Source: Leucoraja erinacea (Eukaryota). From it: a stretch of DNA of 64,000 bases. The position numbers and the translations under genes were made by a program. Shown piece by piece: positions 24,867-39,419 of the stretch. The stretch spans positions 86,118,001 through 86,182,000 of the forward strand of contig NC_073382.1 of NCBI RefSeq assembly GCF_028641065.1. The letters are read 5' to 3'. The notes beneath the pieces were generated by a model. The model did no database searches. It was not told where the DNA came from and saw only the letters and a list, made by a program, of their open reading frames with translations. How positions within the stretch are numbered: the first letter of the stretch is position 1; every line of letters starts with the position of its first letter.

Positions 24867-25643
24867 GTGAGTGTGGGTGGGGATGGTCCCTCCTTGAGCA
24901 GTGGGTTTCATTGTTCGGATCAGGAATTTTACATTGAAACCGAAAGTGATGTTATCCATAAATAAAGATAACATGAAAATGAGATGAAGTTGTGGGCTGT
25001 GAGGGAGGTTGTGAATGGATGCTGCGGGTTATAGATTAGTTGGGTATTAGAGCAGAGAAATGGCAGATGGAGCCTAAATGTACAAGAACGAAGTGATGAA
25101 TTGCAAGAGACCAAATACACCCGGGAAGTACACAGTAAATGGCTGGACCCTCAGGAGCAGTCATGTACAGTGATAGCGTAGGTTAACAAGAGCTTGTTGA
25201 GGATGTTGCCTCCAATGAAGAGTATTTGTTACATGGAGATTGTGGATGAATGTGTAGCTTTTTCTCTGAAGCGCAGATGCTGATGGGTGACTAGGTGGAA
25301 GAATATGAAATGTCCTCAACTATTAAAGTCCCACTCTGTCTAATCCATTCCCCTCTCACTCCTGGCACCACGTCATATTACACAGTCTCACCTCGCCTTT
25401 CACCAGTCTCAGAAGCTTTTCTCGACTTGATTCTGAATCTAACCTCATTCCCTATCTAGCCCAGGTAAGACAGGGATGGTTTAAAGGAAATTTAAGAGGT
25501 AGTCAGATCTTTATTCCTGAGATGGATTTGTCGATTTCCAGGGGGCACAGGTTTAAGGTGAAAAGGAGAAGGATTAAAGGAGAGTTATGAGGTGAGTTCT
25601 GAGAACTTGACTCTAATTTCAACCTCATCCCCCTCTGTTGCAG

Positions 25644-25958
25644 GTCCGGTGCCCGTCCGTCTGGTGAATGGGAACAACATGTGCTCCGGGAGAGTGGAGG
25701 TCTATCAGAACTCTACCTGGGGCACCGTCTGCGGCAGGAGCTGGGATATCAATGCGGGGAACGTGGTCTGCAGGGTGTTGAACTGTGGGATGGCCCGGTT
25801 AGTAACAACTGCTGTATCTAGTGGAGAGGCCACTGGGAACATCTGGCTGGATGGGGTGAAGTGTAACGGGACAGAGCCTGCCCTCGACCAGTGTACTGCC
25901 AGCCCATGGGGGGTGAACAATTGCACACACGGAGAGTACGCGGAAGTCTCTTGCTCAG
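25644..25958 (+). CDS. SRCR group B exon 10
   Basis: ttgcag / gtgagt, 315 nt, open. Confidence 0.9.
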
Positions 25959-26717
25959 GTGAGTGTGGGTGGGGATGGTCCCTCCTTGAGGAGTGGGATT
26001 CATTGCTCCTTTCAGGAATTTTACATTGAAACCGAAAGTGATGTTATCCATAATTAAAGACAACATGAAAATGAAGTTGTGGGCAGTGAGGGAGGTTGTG
26101 AACGGATGCTGCGGGATATAGATTAGTTGGGTATTAGAGTAGAGAAATGGCAGATGGAGCTTAAATGTACAAGAAAGAAGGGATGCATTGCAAAAGACCA
26201 AATGCACTCAGGAAGTACACAGTTAATGGCAGGACCCTCAGGGGCATTAATGTACAGGGATAGTGTAGGATAACAAGAGCTTGTTGAGGATCTTGCCTCC
26301 AAAGAAGAGTATTTGTTAACTGGAGATTGTGGATGAAGGTGGAGTGTTTTTTCTGAAGCACAGATGCTGATGGGTGACTAGGTGGAAGAATATGACATTT
26401 CCTCAACTAATATCCCACCCTGACTAATACACTCCCCTCTCACTCCTGGCACCACATCATATTACACAGTCTCACCCTCCCCTTTCACCAGTCTCAGAAA
26501 CATTTGTTGACTTGATTCTGAATCTAACCTCATTCCCTATCTCGACCAGGTAAGACAGGGAAGGTTTAAAGGAGATTTACGAGGTAGTCAGATCTTTATT
26601 CCAGGGATGGATTTGTCCAATACCAGAGGGCACAGTTTTAAGGTGAGAAGGAGAAGGTTTAAAGAAGAGTTTTGAGAACTTGACTCTAATTTCAAGCTCA
26701 TTCTCCCTCTGTTGCAG

Positions 26718-27032
26718 GTCCGGTGCCCGTCCGTCTGGTGAATGGGAACAACATGTGCTCCGGGAGAGTGGAGGTCTATCATAACTCCACCTGGGGCACC
26801 GTCTGCAGCAGGAGCTTTGATATCAATGCGGGAAACGTGGTCTGCAGGGTGTTAAACTGTGGGACGGCCCGGTTAGTAACAACTGGTGCATTCTACGGAG
26901 AGTCTACTGGGAACATCTGGCTGAATGGGTTGAAGTGTAACGGTTCAGAGCCTGCCCTCGACCAGTGTTATGCCAGCCCATGGGGGGTGAATAACTGCAA
27001 CCACAGTGAGGAGGCTGGAGTCTCCTGTTCAG
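26718..27032 (+). CDS. SRCR group B exon 11 (paralog of exon 7)
   Basis: ttgcag / gtgagt, 315 nt, open (ORF 26723). Confidence 0.9.
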
Positions 27033-27848
27033 GTGAGTGAGGGTGGTGAGGCAAGGATGCAAACCTTCTACTGAACTTTAGTTGTATATTTGTGCTCTCA
27101 TCCCTCCATTCTTATCATCTTGATTTACAGCTTGGTTCACTGTCTTGCTGTGACTATAGAACTCCAGAATGCAGGGGATTACATTTGTCTATTTCATGTG
27201 CACCTCTAATGAAATATAGGCATGTTTATGGATTCAGATCAGTGAATGAAGAAGAACACTTTTTCCTCGCTGACTCTAAAACTAAAGCTAAAACTACATT
27301 GGGAAAGTGGGCCAAGGACCGGCAGATAGAGTTTAATTGTGACAAGTGCAAACTGATGCATTATGGGAAGTTAAAGCAGAGAACAATTTACAGAGTAAAT
27401 TGCAGGGCCCTGGGAAAGTTTGTAGACAGAGAGACCTAGGGCTACAAGTACTAGATTCCTTGAAAGTAGCAACACATACAGACAGGGTGGCGAAGAAAGC
27501 ATTTGGCACAATTGCCTTCATCATTCAGGGCTTTGACTAGAAAAGGTGGGAGGTTTGAATGTAGCTCTAAAAGGCTTTAGTTTGACCACTTTTGTAGTAT
27601 TCTGTTATATTCTGGTTCGCTCCATTACAGGAAGAACGTGGAAGCTTTGGAGAGGGAGCAGAAGTTCACCAAGAGGCTTTTAGATAGGCAGATGGATATG
27701 GAGGGAATAAGAATATGGACCATGTGCAGGCAGAGGAGAATAGCTTATATTGACATCATGTTTATGCACAGGCATTGTGGGCCGATGGACCTGTTCCGAT
27801 GTACGTCATGTATTGTGTGTAGTCTGGTAGTTCGAAGGGCGCAGAAAA

Positions 27849-30800
27849 CGTATAAGCATGGAAATAAACAAGATGGATCTGAGGGAGCGGCAGTGAGGGA
27901 GCGGCCTTATGAGTAAAGTGTGAGTCTTTGGCTCGAGAGTCTTTGGCGAGGAGGCTGAGGAGAGTAGGCTGAGGAGAGGACGCTACGCATAAAGCTCGAG
28001 AGGACGGAGCGTGGTGAGCACATGTCAGGGCAGATGAGACAGTGTGAGGCTTGCAGAATGTGGGAGCCCAGGGACACAGATGAATCCTCTGGCTGCTACA
28101 TCTATGACAAGTGCATCCAGCTTCAGCTCCTAAAGGACCGTGTTGGGGCACTGGAGAAGCAGCTGGATGACCTCAGGGCCATCCGGGAAAACGAGAGTGA
28201 GGTAGTCATGCCGAGGATACAGGAAGGACCTAGGTGTGTGACGGAGAGGAAGGGTGGAAATCATGGATTGCAGTAGATTCGGGTGGCTGTGCCTAAAGAA
28301 AACAGGTACGCCCTCTTGGGAACTGTCCGGGGAGTCGATGTATCCAGTCCGAGCGGCGGACACGTTGGTGGCTCCAATCCTAGAGATGGGACTCAACCCG
28401 CGAGACCGACGTCGGGTAGAGCCCAAGTGGTGGGTGACTCCATTGTCCGAGGAGTGGACGGGAGATTCTGTGGAGGCAGACGAGATACGAGGATGGCCGG
28501 TTGCCTCCCTGGTACCAAGGTTCAGGATGTCATGAACCGAATTCAGAATATCCTCAAGAGAGAGAGAAGGTGAACAGCCAGCAGTAGTCGTGCCCGTAGG
28601 CACAAATGAAATCGGGAAGATGAGGAAGGAGGTTCTCCAACATGAGTTCAGAGAGTTGGGAAGTAGACTGAAATGCCGGACTTCTAGGGTGGTTATCTCT
28701 GGACTGCTTCCGGTACCTCGTGGTATTCTGGGAAAATCAGGTTGGTACTGGACCCGAAGAAAGGGACACAGAGTGCCTTTGTGATGGATTCTTTGAACAG
28801 CTTGTATTGGAGCCTACCAGGGAGAAGGCAATTCTGGATTTAGTGTTAATATTTGATAAAGGACCTCGAGGTTCATGAGTCATTAGGAGGCAGTGACCAT
28901 AACATGGTCAGGTTTAATCTACAATTGGAGAGGGAGAAGGGTACATCGGAGGTGTCAGTGTTATAGTTGAATAAAGGGGACTATGGGGCCATGAGGGAGG
29001 AGCTGGCCAAAGTTGACTGGAAAGATACACGAGCAGGGATGACTGTGGAACAAAAATGACAGGTATTTCTTGGAATAATACAGAAGGTGCAGGATCAGTC
29101 ATTCCTGGGAGGAATAAAGATTTCAAGGGGAGAAAGGGACGACCATGGCTGACATCAGGCCGTCGGGGACGGTATAAAAATTAAAGCGAAGATGTATAAC
29201 GTAGCAGAGATGAGCGGGAAGCAAGAGGATTGGGTAATGTTTAAAGAACAACAGAAGATAACCAAAAAGACAATACGGGGAGAAAAGATCAGGTACAACG
29301 GTAAGCTAGCCAAGAATATAATGCAGGATAGTAAAAGCTTCTTTAGGTATGTGAAGAGGAAACAATTAGTTAAGACCAAAGTTGGACCCTTAAACACCGA
29401 AAAAGGTGAATTTATTATGGGGATCAAGGAAATGGCAGATGAACAGGTACTTTGGACCTGTCTTCACTAAGGAGGAGACAAACAATCTTCCTGATATAGT
29501 AGTGGCCAAAGGGTAAGGGGTGACAGAGGAACTGAAGGAAATCCACATTAGGCAGGAAATGGTGTTGGGTGGACTGATGGGTCTGAAGGCTGATAAATCC
29601 CCAGGGCCTGCTGGTCTGCATCCCAGGGTAGATAAGGAAGTGGCTCTAGAAATCGTGGAAGCATTGGTGAGAATTTTCCAATGCTCTATTGACTCAGGTC
29701 AGTTCCTGGATTGGAGGGTAGCTAATGTTATCCCACTTTTTAAGAATGACGAGAGAGAGAAAACAGGGAATTATAGACCAGTTAGCCTGACATCGATGGT
29801 GTGGAAGATGCTGGAGTCAATTATAAAAGATGAGATAGCCGAACATTTGGTTAGCAGTAACGGGATCGGTCCGAGTCAGCATGGATTTACGAAGGGGAAA
29901 TCATGCTTGACTAATCTTCTGGAATTTTATGAAGATGTAACTAGGAAAATGGACAAGGGAGAGCCAGTGGATATAGTGTACCTCGACTTTCAGAAAGGAT
30001 TTGATAAGGTCCCACTAAGGAGATTAATGGGCAAAATTTGGGCACATGGTGTTGGGGTAGAGTGCTGACATGGATAGAGAAATGGTTGGCAGACAGGAAA
30101 CAAAGAGTAGGGATTAACAGGTCCCTTTCAGAATGGGAGGCAGTGACTAGTGGGGTACCGCAAGGCGCGGTGCTGGGACCGCAGCTATTTACAATATACA
30201 TCAATGATTTGGATGAAGGGATTCAAAGTAACATTAGCAAATTTGCAGATGACACAAAGCTGGGTGGCAGTGTGAATTGTGAGGAGGATGCTATGAGTGC
30301 AGGGTGATTGGACAGGTTGGGTGAGTGGGCAGATGCATGGCAGATGAAGTCTAAAGCGGATAAATGTGAGGTTATCCACTTTGGTAGCAAAAACAGGAAG
30401 GCAGATTATTATCTAAATGACATCAAGTTGGGAAAAGCGGAAGTACAACGGGATCTGGTGGTCCTTGTACATCGGTCAATGGAAGTAAGCATGCAGGTAC
30501 AGCAGGCCGTGGCATGTTGGCCTTTATAACAAGACAAATCGAATATAGGAGCAAAGAGGTAATTCTGCAGTTGTACAGAGCCCTAGTGAGACCACACCTG
30601 GAGCATTGTGTACAGTTTTGATCGCCTAATTTGAGGAAGGATATTCTTGCTATTGAGGGAGTGCAGCGTAGGTTTACAAGGTTAATTCCCAGGATAGCGG
30701 GACTGTCATATTCTGAGAGAATGGAGCAGCTGGGCTTGTACACTCCGGAGTTTAGAAGGATGAGAGGGTATCCTTTCATCCAATGGTTCTGAACTTAAAG

Positions 30801-33377
30801 AAAGGTAACTTTGAGGGTATGAGACGTGAATTGGCCAAGATTGACTGGCAATTAATTCTAAAAGGGTTGACGGTGGATATGCAATGGAAGACATTTAAAG
30901 ACTGCATGGATGAACTACAAAAATTGTTCATCCCAGTTTGGCAAAAGAATAAATCAGGGAAGGTAGTACGTCCATGGATAACAAGGGAAATCAGGGATAG
31001 TATCAAAGCGAAGGATGATGCGTACAAATTAGCCAGAAAAAGCAGCATACCGGAGGTCTGGGAGAAATTCAAAGACCAGCAGAGGAGGACAAAGGGCTTA
31101 ATTAGGAAAGGAAAAATAGATTATGAAAGAAAACTGGCAGGGAACATAAAAACTGACTGCAAAAGTTTTTATAGATATGAAAAAAGAAAGAGATTAGTTA
31201 AAACAAATGTACGTCCCTTGCAGTCAGAAACAGGTGAGTTGATCATGGGGAACAAGGATATGGCGGACCAATTGAATAACTACTTTGGTTCCGTCTTCAC
31301 TAAGGAAGACATAAATAATTTTCCGGAAATAGCAGGGGACCGCGGGACAAAGGAGTTGGAGGAATTGAGTGAAATCCAGGTTAGCCGGGAAGTGGTGTTG
31401 GGTAAATTGAATGGATTAAAGGCCGATAAATGCCCAGGGCCAGATAGGCTGCATCCCAGAGTACTTAAGGAAGTAGCTCCAGAAATAGTGGATGCATTAG
31501 TAATAATCTTTCAAAACTCTTTAGATTCTGGAGTAGTTCCTGAAGATTGGTGGGTAGCAAACGTAACCCCACTTTTTAAGAAGGGAGGAGAGAGAAAATG
31601 GGGAATTACAGACCAGTTAGTCTAACATCGGTAGTGGGGAAACTGCTAGAGTCAGTTATTAAAGATGGGATAGCAGCACATTTGGAAAGTGGTGAAATCA
31701 TTGGCCAAAGTCAGCATGGATTTACGAAAGGTAAATCATGTCTGACGAATCTTATAGAATTTTTCGAGGATGTAACTAGTAGCGTGGATAGGGGAGAACC
31801 AGTGGATGTGGTGTATCTGGACTTCCAGAAGGCTTTCGACAAGGTCCAACATAAGAGATTAGTACACAAACTTAAAGCACAAGGCATTGGGGGTTCAGTA
31901 TTGATGTGGATAGAGAACTGGCTGGCAAACAGGAAGCAAAGAGTAGGAGTAAACGGGTCCTTTTCACAATGGCAGGCAGTGACTAGTGGGGTACCCCAAG
32001 GCTCAGTACTGGGACCCCAGCTATTTACAATATATATTAATGATCTGGATGAGGGAATTGAAGGCAATATCTCCAAGTTTGCGGATGACACTAAGCTGGG
32101 GGGCAGTGTTAGCTGTGAGGAGGATGCTAGGAGACTGCAGGGTGACTTGGATAGGCTGGGTGAGTGGGCAAATGTTTGGCAGATGCAGTATAATGTGGAT
32201 AAATGTGAGGTTATCCATTTTGGTGGCAAAAACAGGAAAGCAGACTATTATCTAAATGGTGGCCGATTGGGAAAGGGGGAGATGCAGCGAGACCTGGGTG
32301 TCATGGTACACCAGTCATTGAAGGTAGGCATGCAGGTGCAGCACGCAGTAAAGAAAGCGAATGGTATGTTAGCTTTCATTGCAAAAGGATTTGAGTATAG
32401 GAGCAGAGAGGTTCTACTGCAGTTGTACAGGGTCTTGGTGAGACCACACCTGGAGTATTGCGTACAGTGTTGGTCTCCAAATCTGAGGAAGGACATTATT
32501 GCCATAGAGGGAGCGCAGAGACGGTTCACCAGACTGATTCCTGGGATGTCAGGACTGTCTTATGAAGAAAGACTGGATAGACTTGGTTTATAATCTCTAG
32601 AATTTAGAAGATTGAGAGGGGATGTTATAGAAACTTACAAAATTCTTAAGGGGTTGGACAGGCTAGATGCAGGAAGATTGTTCCCGATGTTAGGGAAGTC
32701 CAGGACAGGGGGTCACAGCTTAAGGATAAAGGAGAAATCCTTTAAAAACCGAGATGAGAAGAACTTTTTTCACGCAGAGAGTGGTGAATCTCTGGAACTC
32801 TCTGCCACAGAGGGTAGTTGAGGCCAGTTCATTGGCTATATTTAAGAGGAGTTAGATGTGGCCCTTGTGGCTAAGGGGATCAGGGGGTATGGAGAGAAGG
32901 CAGGTACGGGATACTGAGTTGGATGATCAGACATGATCATATTGAATGGCGGTGCAGGCACGAAGGGCCGAATGGCCTACTCCTGCACCTAATTTCTATG
33001 TTTCTATGTTTCTATCTCATTGAAACATATAAGATTGTTAAGGGTTTATACACGCTAGAGGCAGGAAATATGTTCCCGATGTTGGGGGAGTCCACAACCA
33101 GGGGCCACAGTTTAAGAATAAGGAATCAGCCATTTAGAACGGAGACGATAAACACATTTTGTCACAGGGAGTGGTGAGCCTGTGGTGGAGTCAGGTTATC
33201 TGGATGCTTTCAAGAGAGAGCTAGATAGAGCTCTTACAGATTGCGGAGGCAGGGGATATAGGGAGAAGGCAGGAAAGGGGTACTGATTGGGGATGATCAG
33301 CCATGATCACATTGAATGGCGGTGGTGGCTCGAAGGGCTGAATGGCCTACTCCCGCACCTATTGTCTATTGTCTATT
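27849..33377 (+). mobile_element. CR1 LINE copy 2 (duplicate of 19234-22533) interrupted by a younger CR1
   Basis: same sequence, same internal lesions and same flanks as copy 1; possible gaaaa TSD (27844-27848, 33378-33382). Confidence 0.9.
30773..33012 (+). mobile_element. Younger 5'-truncated CR1 LINE nested in CR1 copy 2
   Basis: long ORFs 30783-31625 and 31598-32593 (YLDFQKAFD, PQGSVLGP, FADD); (tttctatg)n tail; tatc duplicated at 30769-30772 and 33013-33016; empty site ggtatctcattg in copy 1 near 22170. Confidence 0.92.
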
Positions 33378-34315
33378 GAAAAGATTCAGGAGGATTTTAC
33401 CAGGAGTGAAAGGTTTGAGTTATAGGGAGTCACTGGATAGAATAAGAGAATAATAATAGAAGTTAAACAGGAGGATAGAGCAGGGGAACTGGCCCTTCAG
33501 CCCACAGACTCCGCACTGATCATCACCCATTCACTCATACTAATCTCAGATCTCAGATCACTCTCCACACATTTCAGTCAACTCCCCAGACTCCCACCCT
33601 TATTGACACACTCGGGGAATTAACGCCAGACGATTAACTCAATTAGCTGAGATATGAGAGAGAATTGGTGCATCCGGGGGGGAAATTCATGCAGATCAGA
33701 GGGAGTGGGAAGACCAGATAAGCTGGAGTGAACGGACCAGGATCTGAAAGAGGTTCGTAAAATCACAAGGGGCACAGATAACGTGGACATCACAACATAT
33801 ATGTGGGAAGGGACTGCAGATGTTGATTTAAACCAAAGATGGACACAAAAACTTGTGTAACTCAGCGGATCAGACAGCCTCTCTAGAGAACAGGAAATGG
33901 TTTCGGTACGTGAACCGGCTTCCGACTGAAAAAGGTCTCGACCTTAAAAATCACCTGTTCCTTCTCACCAGAGATGCTGTCTGCCCGCTGAGTTACTCTG
34001 GCTTTTAGTGTCAGTTACAATATATGTCCCTGGGCATGAGAGTGGGACAACATAGAGGGCACAGGTTGAAGGTGAAAATGCAAAGATTTAATAGGAACCT
34101 GAGAGGTAACACACAGAGGGTAATGGGTGCATGGACAGAGCTGCCAGAGGAAGTGATTGAGGCAGGTGCAGTAAAAGCAACATTTAAAAGACATCTGGAC
34201 AGATAAATGAATAAGAAAGCTTTGGCCAGCAGGGTAGCAGCGACCTGCTGGCTACCCTGCTGAAAATCACATGCAATCCTGCTGCAGATTTAACTTTATC
34301 CCCCCTCTGTTGCAG

Positions 34316-34630
34316 GACCGGTGCCCGTCCATCTGGTGAATGGGAACAACATGTGCTCCGGGAGAGTGGAGGTCTATCATAACTCCACCTGGAGCACCGT
34401 CTGCGGCAAGAGCTGGGATATCAAAGCGGGGAACGTGGTCTGCAGGGTGTTGAATTGTGGGACGGCCCGGTTAGTAACAACTGCTGTCTCCAACGGAGTG
34501 GCCACTGGGAACATCTGGCTAGAGGGGGTGAAGTGTAACGGGACAGAGCGTGCCCTCGACCAGTGTCCTGCCAGCCCTTGGAAGGTGAATAATTGCACAC
34601 ACGGAGAGTTCGCTGAAGTCTCCTGCTCAG
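34316..34630 (+). CDS. SRCR group B exon 12 (paralog of exon 8)
   Basis: ttgcag / gtgagt, 315 nt, open (ORF 34321). Confidence 0.9.
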
Positions 34631-35399
34631 GTGAGTGTGGGTGGGGATGGTCTCTCCTTGAGGAGTGGGTTTCCATTCTCGGGTCAGGAATTTGACATTG
34701 AAACCAAAAGTGATGTTATCTATAGATAAAGACAACATGAAACTGAGATGAAGTTGTGGGCAGTGAGGGAGGTTGTGAATGGATGCAGTGGGATATAGAT
34801 TAGTTGGGTATTAGAGCAGAGAAATGGCAGATGGAGCTTAAATGTACAAGAACGAAGTGATCCATTGCAAGAGACCAAATGCACTCGGGAAGTACACAGT
34901 AAATGGCTGGACCCTCAGGGGCATTAATGTACAGGGATAGTGTAGGTTAACAAGAGGTTGTTGAGAATGTTGCCTCCAATGAAGAGTATTTGTTACATGG
35001 AGAATGTGGATGAATGTGGAGTGTTTTCTCTCGAAGCGCAGATGTTGTTGGGTGACTAGGTGGAACAATATGAAATTTCCTCAACTATTAATATCCTACC
35101 CTGTCTAATCCACTCCCCTCACTCCTGTCACCACGTCATATTACACAGTCTCACCTCCCGTTTCACCTGTCTCAGAAGCTATTGTTGACTTGATTCTGAA
35201 TCTAACCTCACTCCATATCTGGCCCAGGTAAGACAGGGAAGGTTTAAAGGAGATTTATGAGGCAGTCAGATCTTTATTCCTGGGATGGATTTGTCAAATT
35301 CCACAGGTTTAAGGTGAGAAGGAAAAGGTTTAAAGGAGAGTTATGAGGTGAGTTTTGAGAACTTGACTCTAATTTCAACCTCATCCCCCTCTGTTGCAG

Positions 35400-35714
35400 G
35401 TCCGGTGCCCGTCCGTCTGGTGAATGGGAACAACATGTGCTCCGGGAGAGTGGAGGTCTATCATAACTCCACCTGGGGCACCGTCTGCGGCAGGAGCTGG
35501 GATATCAATGCGGGGAACGTGGTCTGCAGGGTGTTGAACTGTGGGACGGCCCGGTCAGTAACAACAGCTGTCTCCTACGGAGAGGCCACTGGGAACATCT
35601 GGCTGGATGGGGTGACGTGTAACGGGACAGAGCCTGCCCTCGACCAGTGTCCTGCCGGGCCATGGGGGGTGAATAACTGCACACACGGAGAGTACGCTGG
35701 AGTCTCCTGCTCAG
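35400..35714 (+). CDS. SRCR group B exon 13
   Basis: ttgcag / gtgagt, 315 nt, open. Confidence 0.9.
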
Positions 35715-36366
35715 GTGAGTGTGGATAGCACTCAGGGTGTGGGCAGTCCATATCTGGCCCAGGTAAGATTCAGGAGGATTTTACCAGGAGTGAAGGGTTT
35801 GAGTTATAGGGAGTCACTGGATAAAATAAGATAAGTTAATAGAATGGCAAACAGGAGGATAGAGCAGGGAAACTGGCCCTTCAACCCACAGACTCCGCAC
35901 TGATCATCACCCATTCACTCATACTAATCTCAGATCACTCTCGACACATTTCCGTCAACTCTCAAGACTCCCACCCTTATTGACACACTCGGGGAATTAA
36001 CGTCAGACGATTAACTCAATCAGCTGAGATATGAGAGAGAATTGGAGCATCGGGGGGAAATTCATGCAGATCAGAGGGAGTGGAAAGACCGGATAAGGTG
36101 GAGCGAAGGGACCAGTGTCTGAAAGAGGTTCATAAAATCACAAGGGGCACAGATAACGTGGACATCACAACATATGTGTGGGAAGGAACTGCAGATGTTG
36201 ATTTAAACCGAAGATGGACACAAAAAGCTTGTGTTACTCAGCTGATCAGCCAGCTTCTCCAGAGAACAGGAATAGGCTTCGGTTCGTGAACCGTCTTCAG
36301 ACTGAAAAAGGGCCTCGACCTTAAAAATCAACTATTCCTAGCTTTTTGTGACGATCACAATATATG

Positions 36367-36510
36367 TTGCAATCCATGTTATCAGGATACCTAAATCTAA
36401 ATTTTATTAGTTATTTATGTTATGACATCGGATGGAAGCTGCATAACAAATCTTATGCGCAATGACAATAAAAGATATTATTATTATTATTATTATTACT
36501 TTTATTATTA
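36367..36510 (+). mobile_element. Short LINE 3' end with (TTA)n tail
   Basis: sequence absent from other units, ends caatgacaataaaag plus (tta)n. Confidence 0.6.
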
Positions 36511-37001
36511 TATCCCAGGGCATGAGTGAGACTGGGACGACATAGAGGGCACAGGGTGAAGGTGAAAGGGAAATTATTTAATAGGAACCTGAGACGTAAC
36601 ACACAGAGGGTAGTGGGTGCATGGACAGAGCTGCCAAAGGAAGTGGTTGAGGCAGGTGCAACAAAAGCAAAATTTAATAAACATCTGGACAGATAAATGA
36701 ATAGTAAAGCTTTGCAGAGATATGGACAGAATGATGTCTGGTGTAGAGGGAGCATCTTGGTCGGGTTGGATGACTTGAGCTGAAGGGCCTTCTCCTGGGC
36801 AATGTGACACAGAGTCTGTTGGGGTGGGAGCCGAGGTTTGTGGAAGAGTCAGGTTATGTAGGGTAGTCTTGCTCTTGAGTGGCTGTGCAGCATCCTCCTG
36901 TCACCTGCGCTGTGAGGAGCGGAGAGCGACCAGCTGGCTACCCTGCTGAAAATCACATGAAATCCTGCAGCAGATGTAACCTCATCCCACCTCTGTTGCA
37001 G

Positions 37002-37316
37002 GTCCGGTGCCCGTCCGTCTGGTGAATGGGAACAACATGTGCTCCGGGAGAGTGGAGGTCTATCATAACTCCACCTGGATCACCGTCTGCGGCACGAGCT
37101 GGGATATCAATGCGGGGAACGTGGTCTGCAGGGTGTTGAACTGTGGGACGGCCCGGTTAGTAACAACAGCTGCCTCCTATGGAGAGGCCACTGGGAATAT
37201 CTGGCTGGATGGGGTGACATGTAACGGGAAAGAGCCTGCCCTCGACCAGTGTCCAGCCAGCCCATGGAGGTTGAATAACTGCACACATGGAGAATACGCT
37301 GAAGTCTCCTGCTCAG
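37002..37316 (+). CDS. SRCR group B exon 14
   Basis: ttgcag / gtgagt, 315 nt, open (ORF 37007). Confidence 0.9.
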
Positions 37317-39104
37317 GTGAGTGTGGGTTGGGAAGGTCGGAGTGGGATTCATTGCTCGGGTCAGGAATTTTACTTTGAAACTGAAAGTGATGTTATTCAT
37401 AAATAAAGACAACATGAAAATGAGATGAAGTTGTGGGCAGTGAGGGAGGTTGTGAATGGATGCAGCGGGATATAGATTAGTTCGGTATTAGAGCAGAGAA
37501 ATGGCAGATGGAGCCTAAATGTACGAGGATGAAGTGATGCATTGCAAGAGAACAAATGCACCCGGGAAGTACACAGTAAATGGCAGGACCCTCAGGAGCA
37601 GTCATGTACAGTGATAGCGTAGGTTAACAAGAGCTTGTTGAGGATGTTGCCTCCAATGAAGAGTATTTGTTACATGGAGATTGTGGATGAAAGTGGAGTG
37701 TTTTCTCTGAAGCGTTGATGCTGTTGGGTGACTAGGTGGAAGAATATGAAATTTCCTCAACTATTAATTTCCCATTCTGTCTAATCCGCTCCCCTCTCAC
37801 GCCTGGCACCACGTCATATTACAGAGACTCGCCTCCCCTTTCACCAGTCTCAGAAGCTTTTGAAATGAAATGAAATGATTCAATTTATTGTCATTGTCAG
37901 TGTACAGTACAGAGACAACGAAATGCATTGTTGACTTGATTCTGAATATAACCTGATTCTCTATCTGGCCCAGGTAAGATTCAGGAGGATTTTACCAGGA
38001 GTGAAAGGTTTGAGTTATGGGGTAAAATCAGAGCAGTTAATAGATGGCAAACAGGAGGATAGAGCAGGGAAACTGGCCCTTCAACCCACAGAATCCGCAT
38101 TGATCATCACCCATTCACTCATACTAATCACAGATCACTCTCCACACATTCCTGTCAACTCTCCAGACTCCCATCCTTATTGACACACTCGGGGAATTAA
38201 CGCCAGACGATTAACTCAAGCAGTTGAGATATCAGAGAGAATTGGAGCATCGGGGGGAAATTCATGCAGATCAGAGGGAGTGGAAAGACAGGATAAGGTG
38301 GAGCGAAGGGACCAGGGTCTGAAAGAGGTTCATAAAATCACAAGGGGCCCAGATAACGTGGACATCACAACATATGTGTGGGAAGGAACTGTAGTCGTTG
38401 ATTTAAACCGAAGATGGACACAAAAAGCTTGTGTTACTCAGCTGATCAGACAGCCTCTCCAGAGAACAGGAATAGGCTTCGGTTCGTGAACCGGGTTCCG
38501 ACTGAAAAAGGGTCTCGACCTTCAAAGTCACTTATTCCTTCTCACCAGAGATGCCGTCTGCCCGCTGAGTTACTCTAGCCTTTTATGTCGATCACCTACG
38601 TCGATCACCTGTGTCCCAGGTCATTAGAGTGGGACAACAGAGAGCGCACAGGTTGAAGGTGAAAGGGAAATGATTTAATAGGAACCTGAGAGGTAACACG
38701 CAGGCGGTAGTGGGTGCATGGACAGAGCTGCCAGAGGAAGTGATTGAGGCAGGTGCAACAAAAGCAACATTTAAAAGACATCTGGACAGATAAATGAATA
38801 GTAAAGCTTTGCAGGGATATGGACAGAGTGCAGGAACGGGAACTGGTGTAGAGGGAGCATATTGGTCGGGTTGGGTGTCGTGCTGAAGGGCCTTCTGCTA
38901 TGCAGTGTGACACAGAGTCTGTTGGAGTGGGAGTCGAGGTTTGTGGAAGAGTCAGGTTTTGCTGGGTGGTCTTGCTCTCGAGTGGCTGTGCAGCATCCTC
39001 CTGTCACCTGCACTGTGAGGAGCGGAGAGCGACCTGCTGGCTACCCTGCTGAATATCACATGCAATCCTGCAGCAGATTTAACCTCATCCCCCCTCTGTT
39101 GCAG

Positions 39105-39419
39105 GTCCGGTGCCCGTCCGCTTGGTGAATGGGAACAACATGTGCTCCGGGAGAGTGGAGGTCTATCATAATTCCACCTGGGTTACCGCCTGCGACAGGA
39201 GCTGGGATATCAATGCGGGGAATGTGGTCTGCAGGGTGTTGAACTGTGGGACGGCCCGTTTAGTAACAACTGCTGTCTCCTACGGAGAGGCCACTGGGAA
39301 CATCTGGCTGGATGAAGTGACGTGTAACGGGACAGAGCCTGCCCTCGACCAGTGTCCTGCCGGGCCATGGAGGGTGAATAACTGCACACACGGAGAGTAC
39401 GCTGAAGTCTCCTGCTCAG
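39105..39419 (+). CDS. SRCR group B exon 15
   Basis: ttgcag / gtgagt, 315 nt, open (ORF 39110). Confidence 0.9.

Noticed and set aside
30783-32593. Active or domesticated reverse transcriptase gene
   Set aside because: 5'-truncated CR1 with no endonuclease or promoter, a frameshift near 31600 and a stop at 32593
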